From Octopus vulgaris (taxonomy: Eukaryota), in NCBI GenBank assembly GCA_951406725.2, contig OX597817.1:68820001-68884000 (forward strand): a DNA stretch of 64,000 bases, written 5' to 3'. Positions 12,299-24,596 of this stretch are shown in pieces (position 1 is the first letter of the stretch; each line of letters starts with the position of its first letter). The notes beneath the pieces were generated by a model, which was not told the DNA's origin, searched no databases, and was given only the letters and a program-made list of their open reading frames with translations. Both the position numbers and the translations under genes were made by a program.

Positions 12299-12951
12299 GG
12301 TGCAGGAGTGGCTGTGTGGTAAGTAGCTTGCTTACTTGGGAGCCCGGATGAGGAAGACAAAGAATAATGAAAAATATATTTTTGTAATTGTAATTTTTGA
12401 ATTTTTGTGATTATAATTTTGATTTATATTGATTTAAAATGAACAGTGATTTCGAGGGGTTATCGGTCAGCGGGCGCTGGTGCTTCTCCCATTTTTTCCC
12501 ATCTTTGTCGTTTTCATACACATTAATGTCTCTGTCCATCCCACAGCTACCTCTATCTGTGTTCGACCTTCATGGTCAATTCGATGAAATAAACTAGCTT
12601 GCTTACCAACCATATGGTTCCAGGATCAGTCCCACTGTGTGGTACCTTGGGCAAGTGTCTTCTGCTATACCCTTCGGCCTACCAAAGGTGTGTGAGTGGA
12701 TTCGATAGATGGAAAATGAAAGAAGCCCTCATATATATGTGTGTGTGTGTTTGTGTGTCTATGTTTGTTCCTTCACTATTGCTTGACAACCGATGTTGGT
12801 TTGTTTATGTACCCATAGCTTGGCAGTTCAGCAAAAGAGACTGATAGAATAAGTACTGGGCTTACAAAGAATAAGTCCTGGGGTCAATTTGCTCAACTAA
12901 AGGCAGTGCTCCAGCATGGCTGCAGTTAAATGACTGAAGCAAATAAAAGAA
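12299..12951 (+). mobile_element. Full-length SINE family A interrupted by a 259-bp insertion
   Basis: The head ggtgcaggagtggctgtgtggtaagtagcttgcttac resumes at 12595. Internal (TG)n and tail ...gcagttaaatgactgaagcaaataaaaga. Confidence 0.9.
12336..12594 (+). mobile_element. 5'-truncated non-LTR retrotransposon 3' end with 12-bp TSD
   Basis: Flanked by the direct repeat tagcttgcttac (12324-12335 and 12595-12606). It has a short ORF end (GSPDEEDKE*), a T-rich 3'UTR-like stretch, and ends in aataaac. Confidence 0.75.
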
Positions 12952-13012
12952 TATATATACACACACACATACATGTATACATATATACATGTATATACAT
13001 ATATATACATGT

Positions 13013-13063
<51 letters not shown>

Positions 13064-13078
13064 TACACTGTATGTATA

Positions 13079-13271
13079 CCAGGGGATGCTGAGATAGTTC
13101 CTGGCTTTGGGTAAGAGAAAATATGGAAAGATCAGTTAATTAGTATTTTATTCAACATGTTCCCCTCTCAGATTCACACACTTATCGCTGAAAAAGAATT
13201 CGGATGGTTCAGGCTCCAACCAGGCGTTTTACAATACCCTTAAAGCCAGGAACTTTTCAGCCCCTCCTCAT
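13079..13271. mobile_element. Tc1/mariner-type MITE
   Basis: Imperfect TIRs ccaggggatgctgagatagttcctggcttt / aaagccaggaacttttcagcccctcctca, flanked by TA. Confidence 0.75.
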
Positions 13272-13315
13272 ACATATATGTACATATCTATATATAAATG
13301 TGAGTGTGCATATGT

Positions 13316-13766
<451 letters not shown>

Positions 13767-13824
13767 TTTTAAATATATATATATATATATATATATTATG
13801 ACTATACATATATATATATATATG

Positions 13825-14310
13825 TATAGTCATAAAATACAGTGTACATTTAAACACATAAGGAATTCACTCATGGGATTCAACATGCTAGAAAGAACAG
13901 CTAGGTTCTATAATGACAAAATTAGGGATAAAATTCGACATGAATGAAATGAAAAAATAAAAACATTTTACCATCTAATTTCCTGGACCTGCGTAGTAGA
14001 TTTTGAAAAAATCAGGATGTATAAACAAGAGGCACATAGTTGATCGCCTCGTGTGTATATATTTAATCTAAGGTGTCCCTGTTGAAAACGATTTCACCTC
14101 GCGAGTAAATGTTATTTACTTGCTAAGCTAAAATCAGAAACCAATTGGTCCAGGAAATTAGATGGTAAAATGTTTTTATTTTTCATTTCATTCATGTCGA
14201 ATTTTATCCCTAATTTTGTGGTTATAGAACCTAGCTGTTCTTTCTAGCGTGTTGAATCCCATGAGTGGATTCTTTATGTGCTTAAATGTACACTGTATTT
14301 TATGACTAAT
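13825..14310. mobile_element. Inverted-repeat element, ~165-bp arms and ~155-bp spacer
   Basis: 13827-13989 (tagtcataaaatacagtg...atctaatttcctggacc) is the near reverse complement of 14147-14308. Confidence 0.85.
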
Positions 14311-14394
14311 ACATAGTCTTTGGACTAAATTTTTACACGCTAGGCCACTGGAAATGAAAATTTCTATTAATTTTCCATTTCCCTTTGATATGAT

Positions 14395-14436
<42 letters not shown>

Positions 14437-14544
14437 AATTCAGGGTGAATACTTGATAAATGTAAGCACCTGTAGATGCCAGCTAGTAGCAGAGGTGAGA
14501 GGATATATGTATCAAATGAAATAAAAAACAGGACACAAAGGATG

Positions 14545-14640
14545 TCGCGGTACACATGCTTCGAGCTTTATAAAACAACTTATTCTTACATCAATGTATA
14601 ATCGACATAACAGATAGTTTAAAGCCCTCTTCAGCCGCAT
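14545..14640 (-). ncRNA. Type I hammerhead-ribozyme-like motif (GAAG instead of GAAA)
   Basis: Minus strand: gcgg-CTGAAGA-gggcttta[...]taaagctc-GAAG-catgtg-TA-ccgc. Stem I gcgg/ccgc, stem II 8 bp plus a distal hairpin, and a near-palindromic minimal stem III. Confidence 0.65.
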
Positions 14641-14699
14641 GCAATTGCTACACCAAAGACTTGTATCACATTATGAAAGGTTTGAGAAAGAACATTTGG

Positions 14700-14740
<41 letters not shown>

Positions 14741-14864
14741 GGTATGTAGAAAAATACAACATGGACAAGAACGTATAACTCAAGAAAACGATACAATAAA
14801 CACGGACAGGACATTCGAAACCCTCAGTCTTCAGTCAAGAACCGGATCATCGTAGTAATTTCGG

Positions 14865-14946
<82 letters not shown>

Positions 14947-15661
14947 TACACACACACACTTGTGCATACATGTATGTATATGGATTTATATATGTGAGAG
15001 ACAGAGACAGATATAGACAGACAGACAAACAGAGAAAGAAGCAGATATCTTAAAATAATTCTCTAAAGTATAAACTATAAAATATGACTGAATGTGAATA
15101 ATTAAGAAATTAAAAAAGTGAAAAGAGATTTTGTATATAAAGTCTAAAATTAAGTCAGAAAGAGACTCATTAAACATTGTAATGCTTGTAATGAAAGTTA
15201 GATGCCAGAGATAGATGTATTCATTTATTTTAGATTTTAGGTTGGATCGCACTATGTGAACAATAATTTTAATTGCTGGTTGCTGCAGTTTCCAGCTGAG
15301 CCGATTGGTGATTCACTGCATTTATGTTGGTGAAAACAAACAAGGGAACAGTGTGTGGCCAAAGCAAGACAATCTCTCTCTCTCTCTCTCTCCCCCATTA
15401 ACATGCATGTGTTTATGTATGTATGTATGTATGTATGTATGTATGTATGTATGTATGTCATTATTCAGTTTTATTTCAAGATTTCTTGCCGATAGAGATA
15501 GAGTCGGTTTCTAATCTAGATCCAAGGCTCCTTCATTGGAATTTCAACAACATCAAAAAGGTATTTTTCTATGTTTATATATGTGTAGATTTGTATGTTT
15601 TGTTTTATGTATGCATTCTCATGCATATAGTTGAATACTTAAAAATGCTCATATATACTTA

Positions 15662-16390
15662 AATGATAAACTTCTGAACTTGTAATCTGGATAAGTAACT
15701 GCAGATTTCTCAATAGTTCAGAGTAGGTATTCTCTTTTCCACTGATCTTCAGCTTTATCTTAACATCTGTTGGGCAGCTGACTTCCACAACTGTACACAG
15801 TTTGCCTTCTCTATCCTAAATTATTATATCAGGTGTATTGTGTTTACATTTTATTGAGGTTTCCCCTGGGATATTCCACCGGTATTCCTTTTTATCATGA
15901 GTGGCTATGACTTCCACCATATTTCTTTGTCCTCAGGATTATCCTACTGATGGATCTTGTTATACAGTGTCCTAGCTACATCAGACAACTGCTTATAATG
16001 TGGGTGGTATCTTTGGTGTTGACTCCACAAAGTCTGCATCAGTGCATAGGTTGTCACATTTTACTGCTTTTCCTGCATCTCTGTCCCTTTTGTGAATCAG
16101 GTATTTAGTTGATATTTACTGTTCCTGGATTGCAATCACATACCCTTCAAAGTGGGGGTAGTAATCAAGCTTTTGGTCCATGACAGACTGCTTTGATGAT
16201 CAATGTTACTATCATCTCGGAGCTTTCTGCCATCATATCCATGCATGGTTTTCTGTTCATATACACTCATCCTGTCATCTGATATGTTGCAATAGAGTTG
16301 TGCAACTTCTTTGGGCATGTATTTAAGGTTATGAGATAAAGAACACTGCTCAAGGAGCTGCTTTCCAAGTCTTATGATGTTATCAGCCTC
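15662..16390 (-). mobile_element. R4/Dong-clade non-LTR retrotransposon relic (CCHC zinc knuckle plus restriction-like endonuclease)
   Basis: Minus translation: FEGYVIAIQEQ*ISTKYLIHKRDRDAGK...CRLCGVNTKDTTHIISSC...WNIPGETSIKCKHNTPDIII*DREGKLCTVVEVSCPTD...KENTYSELLRNLQLL. Confidence 0.88.
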
Positions 16391-16614
16391 ATGTATGTAT
16401 GTATGTATGTGTTTATGTATATATGTATGGCACGCATGTCTGTACATAACACACACACACACATAAAATATGGGGGTTTAGTTCACAGGTGATCTAAATG
16501 ACTAGGTACACAAAGTAGGTGCTGTAATAGATTACTAGGGCACCAAGGTTATAGCCAAGACAGTAGTTATGGAGCCATTGCAGATTTCCAATATAGTGGA
16601 TCTATAATTGTTAC

Positions 16615-16990
16615 AGAAGACAACAAACATTAGGGCAAGGCAAACATCTCAAGTCCTATACATTATTATTATTGGAAAAAAAATTCAAAGTCCTACAGCT
16701 GTTTCTGGAATATCCCAGAGTATGGGATATTCTGTCATCATAGACAAATAAGGAAAATGAGAATGGTATAGATTAATGAAATGACAACAAAGAGGACAGG
16801 AGTAAAGGAATGAGATGAACAAAGATAAGAAAAAAGAGGCTTAAAAGTTCACTATTCAACTTTTTGATCATTTAGAAGTAAATCTAGGATATCCCAGAAA
16901 CAGCTGTAAGATTTGAATTGTTTTCTAATAATAATAATAATAATGTATATGACTTGAGATGTTTGCCTTGCCTTAACGTTTGTTGTCCTT
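16615..16990. mobile_element. Inverted-repeat Penelope-like terminus carrying a hammerhead motif
   Basis: 16619-16717 is the reverse complement of 16885-16988. Minus 16690-16746 reads gtct-aTGATGA-cagaatatccca-tactc-tgggatattcca-GAAA-cagctg-TA-ggac. Confidence 0.75.
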
Positions 16991-17001
16991 TTTAACAGTT
17001 T

Positions 17002-17080
<79 letters not shown>

Positions 17081-17555
17081 GGTTTGGTAGGATCCAGTGA
17101 GCTGCAGAGCTGTGCTGAGATCCAGTGTCAGCTTTGGCATTGTTTCTATGGCTGGGTGACCTTCCTAATGCCAACTGCTTTACAGCATGCACCAGGTGCT
17201 TTTTTGGTGCCACCAGCACTAGTCATATTGCCAAGTAACTAGCAAAACACAAAAAGAACAAGAAAAAACAAAAAAAGAACTTCAAGGTGCATTGATGGGA
17301 GTTTATTTGCAAGGGATGGTGGTGGTGGTGGTGGTTCTATGCTAAGTGTTGAAAGGCTAAAGTATAACAGAGGGACAAGCAAAGGTATCGTGAAATAGAA
17401 GTGATGCATGGCTGCCTTCATTTGGCTGTCCAATGAAGGCAAGTTAGCTGAACCTGCAAAGTTACTATCAACCTTTTCCTTGTAAAACTTAAAATGAATA
17501 TATGCTCTACTTAAAAGTATTAAGTAATCCTTCAGTTTCAATTTACATTGTATGT

Positions 17556-17930
17556 CATCATCATCATCATCATCATCGTTTAATGTCCGTTTTCCATGCT
17601 AGCATGGGTTGGACGTTTCAACTGGGGTCTGGGAAGCTAGAAGGCTGCGCCAGGCCCAGTCTGATCTGGCAGTGTTTCTACAGCTGGATGCCCTTCCTAA
17701 CATCAACCACTTCATGAGTGTAGTGAGTGCTTTTTACTTGCCACCTGCACAGGGGCCAGACGAAGCTGGCAACTAGCCACAATCAGATGGTGCTTTTTAT
17801 GTGCCACCGGCACAGAGGCCAGTCGGGGTGGCGCTGGTAATGGCCACATTCAGATGGTTCTCTTACGTGCCACTGGCACTGGTATCACAGCTACAATTTC
17901 CATTGATGTTGATCGATTTCGATTTTGATT
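17556..17930 (-). mobile_element. Repeat family D copy
   Basis: (CAT)n-cgtttaatgtccgttttccatgctagcatgggttggacg...ggatgcccttcctaa...tgtgccaccggcac. Confidence 0.85.
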
Positions 17931-17956
17931 TTATGTATAACTTGAAATGAATATAA

Positions 17957-18171
17957 TCTTTTCTAATCAGGGCACAAAGCCTGAAATTTTTGGGAAGGGT
18001 GCTAGTCAATTAGATTAACCTCAGTATGCAACTGGTATTTAATTCACTGACCCCAAAAGGATGAAAGGCAAAGTCAACCTCGGTGGAATTTGAACTCAGA
18101 ACGTAAAGACAGACGAAATACTGCTAAGCATTTCGCCCAGCATGCTAATGTTTCTGCCAGCTTGCAGCCTT
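17957..18171 (-). mobile_element. SINE family B
   Basis: Reverse complement of the family B head and body (aaaggatgaaaggcaaagtcaacctcggtggaatttgaactcagaa). Confidence 0.85.
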
Positions 18172-18596
18172 ACAACACCACAACAAATATTGATGAAATA
18201 AAGTCTTATGCATATGTAGGATCAGTACCTGTGTGTATAGGTGCATCCCCTACTTTTTGTCTTTATTGCTCTCTCTCTCTCTACGTTTTATTGTTCTTTG
18301 TACTTTTTTCTTCTTTCTATTGCGTTCATATCATATTATTCTCTGTCTTTTTTTTTTAATCTTATTTATATCATATTTAACACAGTAACAGAATTTTTAT
18401 TTCCATTTTCATCATTTTTCCCAGATGAGATGGGTAACCCATCACATTTAAATTAATTAATTACAGATGTCAATTAAATAATTATATGAATGATGATGTT
18501 TTTACTCTGCTGAAACAGCCAATGGAAACAAATTTTTTGCTTTCTTTCTTTGCTTGCTTCTTTCTTTCTTTCTTTTTTCTGTCTCTGTTTATCTAA

Positions 18597-18648
<52 letters not shown>

Positions 18649-18655
18649 ATATTTG

Positions 18656-18725
<70 letters not shown>

Positions 18726-18744
18726 TAGAGAAATAACAATGTGT

Positions 18745-20560
18745 AATGCTTGGGCCATATCATATAGCCTCATAGGCAGATAATACTATGATGACACTTG
18801 TGTTCATCTACTTATGAAGTGCTTAACATCCTCAGAGTAAATTATACAAAGTCTACCTCTATTGTCACATCTGGTAGTCTACTTTCACCCCTATCCCTTT
18901 TGTGCATCAGGTATTTTGTGATTATTTCCTCTTCCTGTAATGCAAAAGCATGCACTCCCTTTGAAGTTAGAGCTAATATCCCACTTGTTAGTTCAGTGCA
19001 GAGTACTTTGGTTATCTATGTTGCCATTACTTTGAAATTTTCTGGCAACACAGCCATGCATGTGACCTTCTGCTGATATGTATAAAGCATTTCTTTTGAT
19101 GTTCTGTTGTGGTAGAGTTTTACAAATTATCAGGGTATGTATTTCTGGTCATTAATCAGGAAATACTTTCTGAAGAAGGTTATTTCCAACTCTATGATGC
19201 TGTCAGTTTTATGTACATAGATAGACTTGATCCATGGCTGGACTTCGACTTTTTGTGGTTTGTAGATGTTATCAAAAGGGTTTGATAAATCATTCAAATA
19301 TTGTTTGAATTAATGTTAAGCCTCAGCCATTTTGTTTTTGTTTTAAGTAGAGAGTCTATATTACTGTCCATAGGGATATTTCTGGTAAGGGTTCATGTGT
19401 GAGGTTGGTGTTTCTGTTTTCCTGTGAGTCAGTTACATACCCTTCATATTTTCTTAACACAAAGAAAAAGGAACTTATTGAAAGTATAAATAGCATCATA
19501 GTGAGGTTGCTCCCTTGAAATATATCCTGCAGTACTATATTTTGTCAGTGATGTAAGGCGGTGAGCTGGCAGAATCGTTAGCATGGCGGGCGAAATGCAT
19601 AGTCATATTTCGTCTGTCGTTACGTTCCGAGTTCAAATTCCGCCGAGGTTGACTTTGCCTTTCATCCTTTCGGGTTCGATAAATTAAGTACCAGTTACAC
19701 CCTGGGGTCGATCTAATCGACTTAATCCCTTTGTCTGTCCTTGTTTGTCCCCTCTGTGTTTAGCTCCTCGTGTGTAGTAAAGAAATATATATTGTGTCAG
19801 TGATAATAAAACTACTTCATGTTTTAACCTTTAGGATGTTTGCCTTGGGCAAAGTCTGATTGGTTTACCCACTGATAATGTATCTGGAACTTTAGCAAAT
19901 TGAAGGCGTTTTAGTGTCAATGAGTAGGAAACAAAATTCAATACTTTGTTGTGATCCAAACTACAATATCTTCGGCATCATAGTTAAAGTTGTTCAACAT
20001 ATTCTCAAACTCCTTTCTTCTTAACTGTTTAATCAATTATCACAGTGATTCTGGATAAATACATTTGGACAGGCTGACTATATTTTATGAAGGAGATACT
20101 GGTATGCAATTAGTCAATAGTTTTATACCACATGAGAGGCATTACTGTGGGGCATTTGTTTTGTTTTGGCAACCAGCTAGCACCAACCAGCTTGGTATGA
20201 TTATAACTCCATTAAGAGCTTGTTGCTAATGGTTAATAAGATACTACTGATAACAGTATGTCATTTGTACTAGTATCAGATAAAGTCTATTCCTGATACT
20301 TTGCTATCCTGAAAGTCTTGGGATTATAGTCTCAACAGTCTTGCCATTGCAGCTGTATTCTTTTGGCATAATACAAGGGAAATATTTCTTTTGTATTTCT
20401 CCTTATCACTCGACATCCTGATTAAACTCTTTTCCTTCACTCCAGATTTTTCTCTAGAATGAATGCTTATCTTTGTAAAAAGCACCAAAAAAGCACCTGG
20501 TACATGCCTTGGTGACATTCAGTGATTTTTCTTTGATATCTTTGGAAATGGCTGATTGGC
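18745..20560 (-). mobile_element. Second R4/Dong-clade LINE relic (RT through zinc knuckle), split by a SINE
   Basis: Minus fragments include an RT-like DIFQGSNLTMMLFILSISSFFFVLRKYEGY (~19440-19530) and AFALQEEEIITKYLMHKRDRG...RCDNRGRLC...YYLPMR (~18770-18950). The latter is homologous to 15662-16390. Confidence 0.8.
19555..19787 (+). mobile_element. SINE family B (tail type 2) with 17-bp TSD
   Basis: TSD tatatt(t/g)tgtcagtgat at 19536-19552 and 19788-19804. Confidence 0.92.
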
Positions 20561-20756
20561 CAAGATTAAACTTCTTGTTCCTTATTTTCTTTTCTATATA
20601 TGTATGCATTCATGCAAACTTTTATGCATGTACAAATATGAAGATACGAGACATTTCAGAATAAATTGTAAGTGCATTTTTAGGTTTCTGCCAACCAACT
20701 CAATGTGCCTGTTTGCTGAACTGCTAGATTCTGGGGGATGTAAACAAACCAATACC

Positions 20757-20988
20757 TATTTCTTTACTACCCACTAGGGGCTAAACATAGAGAGGACAAA
20801 CAAGGACAGACAGACGGATTAAGTCAATCACTTCAACCCCAGTGCGTTACTGGTACTTATTTAATCGACCCCGAAAGAATGAAAGGCAAAGTCGACCTCG
20901 GCGGAATTTGAACTCAGAACGTAGCGGCAGATGAAATACGGCTACGCATATCTGCCGGCGTGCTAACGTTTCTACCAGCTCGCCACCT
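20757..20988 (-). mobile_element. SINE family B (tail type 2) nested in a SINE A fragment, perfect 16-bp TSD
   Basis: TSD taaacaaaccaatacc at 20741-20756 and 20989-21004. Confidence 0.92.
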
Positions 20989-21108
20989 TAAACAAACCAA
21001 TACCAGTTATCAAGTGGTGATGATGGTGAAAAACATGAAGACATACACACATACATATGTTTACACACACACATGGATGCATACATATATATGTGTATAT
21101 ATACATAC

Positions 21109-21166
<58 letters not shown>

Positions 21167-21206
21167 GTCTGGCAAGAGTCATTCTGTTTTAATGCCTTGT
21201 CAATTT

Positions 21207-21241
<35 letters not shown>

Positions 21242-22735
21242 CTGAAATGTATAGTATTAAATATCAATCATGCCGAGTCTTACCAATTGGTTTTGTGTAA
21301 AGAATACAATGGAGTGTTAGGTAACAAACTAATTAAGTAACTTTACAGAGTGTGTATAACTCATCAGAGTTATACACACTCTGTAGAGTGGTTGGCATTA
21401 GGAAAGGCATCCAACCAATAGAAACAAAATCAAAACAGACAAACAGAACCGAGGGAGCTCTCCAGATGGACACAGCATGAAGAATGGATGTTAAAAGACG
21501 ATGGTGATACATATGAAAACCTTCCAACCTAAAATGCTGTACAGTGGGACTGAACCCAAAATCATGTGGCTAAAAAGGGAACTTCTTACTTAACTGCACA
21601 GTCATGCCTGTGACTATAAGTCACAAATGTTGTAGTAGAAGTACAAGAAATGCACTTTTCATTGGATGGAGACTACAGCTAGCTGCAATTAGTAATTAAA
21701 CTGGCTGAGAACAAGTGAAAATCCAGCTCCAAAAAGTCTCATGATAGCAAAGAAGAATGGGTACCAGCCAGCCCAAAGGTCAGGGTGGGCTGCACCAGCC
21801 TATCTCAGTTGCTATGGCATTGTCCCCAGATTTAAAACACTGGATGATGATGATAAAGAATGGACAGGACAGACGTCTCATGAAATTTTTGTAGACAGAT
21901 CATATCAGCAAAATAGTCACAACTCTACTCAGAATTGAAACTGACATAACACGGTTCACTATTGTAACATGTAAAACAGACACAGACACAGACACACGCA
22001 TACACACATGCATACACACACACACACACAAACACACAAAGATGCACACACATATATACACATAACATACAGTTCTTTCTATAGTTGTACAACAGAAATG
22101 ATTAACGAGGTTGGTTTTCTGTTGAGATAATACAACTGAGATAATACAATTGAGAGAATGCAAGTAAAAACTTATCACATGCCAGTCTTAAGCTTGGCTA
22201 ACTGATCTCTGGTTTGTTTACAAGATATATTCAAACACCTGAGATATATTTAGATTAACCAAGAATATGTATGTCTACTACCTTTAGTTATCGAAATGCA
22301 GTCATAACTTCTCATATATTATTGCACGGGAGGAAGAAAGGGAGACAAAACTTAATAAATAAATCAGGCACTATGACAAGTTTTCACTATTTTTATTCTT
22401 TTATTCTTTCACTAGTTTCCAAATGAGCCTAGTGAGAAAACAACAGTGTAAAAGGTAGTGTTATAACATGGGCTCTTGGCCATGCTGGGGCACTGCCTTC
22501 AAGTGTTTTAATTGATTGTATTGATGACAGTACTTTGCTTGGTATTTATTTCGTTGAGTACATAAGATATGAAATACAACCAGAACACTGGTGTAAAAGA
22601 AAGCAAACATTTAAATACCATGTGGTTCTTTTGCTGAATGTACCAACATAAACAGAGACACTATAGTATGGTGAGCGACTATAGACTGGCAAAGGTGAAT
22701 GGAATGGAATACACGTACATAGATATATAGCCACA

Positions 22736-22940
22736 TTAATAGCCTGGTGTTAGAACTCAGTATACATATGTTTTGCAAAAAGCATTAGTTGAGTACATAG
22801 TGTAATAAGAAATTATATAAATGATAAGGCAACAAGAAATCTGAGTAATAAGCTTCATTAGGTTACAGCTGTTTCGGCTACAAGATACAATGCTTTCAAA
22901 GTTAAGTGCTTGTGTATCACCTTATAGCATCTTATAGAAG
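22736..22940 (-). mobile_element. Hammerhead-bearing short repeat (same family as 47090-47295), core degraded
   Basis: Aligns with 47090-47295. The minus strand retains tagcc-GAAA-cagctg-TA. Confidence 0.6.
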
Positions 22941-22965
22941 AAACAGCAGTAAGCTAATAAAGTTC

Positions 22966-23225
22966 AGGTGTGGCTGTGTGGTACAAATCTTGTTTCCCAT
23001 CCACATGGGTCAGGGTTCAGTCCCACTGCGTGGCACCTTAGGCAAGTGTCTTCTACTATAGCCTCAGGCCAACCAAAGCCATGTGTGTAGATTTGGTAGA
23101 TAGAAATTGAAAGAAGACTATCATATATATATGTATATTTATATGTGTGCATCTCCGTGTCTGTGGTAGTCTCCTCACCAATGCTTGACAACCGATGTTG
23201 GTGTGTTTACATCTTTGTAACTTAG
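22966..23225 (+). mobile_element. SINE family A (3'-truncated)
   Basis: gtgtggctgtgtggtac...gggttcagtcccactgcgtggcacc...atgcttgacaaccgatgttggtgtgtttac. Confidence 0.85.
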
Positions 23226-24202
23226 TCAGATGAATTCATGATGTTTCTGTTTCTAGATACTTCAATTAACATTACAATTAATTTCACATTTTGATGCACG
23301 ACTAGCAAATTTGGAGGAGTGAATCAATTACATCAACCCTGATTCTCAACTAGAACTTATTTTATCAACCCCAAAAGGATGAAAAACGTAAAGTCAACTT
23401 AGGTGGAATTTGAACTTAGAACATAGAAACGGATGTAATTAACGTTACATTGAAATACATGAACATCACAACAGCATATTGTTTTCTTTTCTGAAAATAG
23501 AATTTCTATTTCCAACTCAATTGAGCAAATATGTATTCACCTGTATAATTAAGTACTGAAATAGATGAATATAATATTGTATTTAATATAAAGCAATTGA
23601 ACAAAGATGTGTATGTCATTTTATTTTTTAACACACTAGCAAATAGATATAGGGGTCTTCATTCTGAGGTTACATAATGTAAGTGAACAAGTGTGGATTG
23701 CATGTGGCAAACAGTCAACTTACATGAACCAGTTACTGCAATGCAAATATAATTGTTGAAAATAAGAATGATGAACTAAGAACAAATAACAAAAGACAAA
23801 GACAATTGCCACCACACGTATAGACTGATGACATCAGAAAATGATGCATAATAATAGAGACTGAGAGAGAGAGTGATACAGAGACAGAGAGAAAAAGAGA
23901 GTCAGACAGAGAAATCGAGAGAATGGGAGAAACTCCATGAAAGAGAGAGATAGAGAGAATATTTACAATAATGCAACTGTATTTTCCCATAAGTAAAACT
24001 TAAATTCTTTGAACATTTTTCAAATAAATTAAAAATGCGTCCATAATTGCTTCTTGTTTCTTTGTATGTGTGCGTGCGGATGTGTGTGTGTGTGTGGAGA
24101 GAAAGATAGAAAGGAATGATATAAATGAATAAAATACAGTACAAACATTAATAAATATATATGTATATATATATGTTTGTGTGTGTGTGTGGTGTATGTA
24201 TG

Positions 24203-24245
<43 letters not shown>

Positions 24246-24596
24246 GGAGAGAAGTAGAAGGAAAAATTTGAAGCCTCCCCAGTTGAAATTAGAGACTATT
24301 CCATTAGCTCAAAATGAAGTAAAAGAAAATTAGAATAATATGATGTTTAAAACTCTACAAAAGTATAATTGAAATTAGCAGGGTCTAAATTTGTAATCTT
24401 TGAAAGTGTGTAATCTATCAAACATGTCATTTGATATATAAGTAGAGGCAAGTCTGTCATCATCACTGCCGTTGCTGTCATTGTCATCATCACCATCATG
24501 GGTCAGATGGAATTTGCTGAAGCAGATTTTCTATGGCTAGATGCCTTCCCAGTTGGCAACCCCTAGTTGTATGCAAGCTGGTTGAGATTTCCTTTA

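Noticed and set aside
14800-14870. CTGAAGA...GAAT on the minus strand as another hammerhead
   Set aside because: Stems I and II do not pair convincingly.
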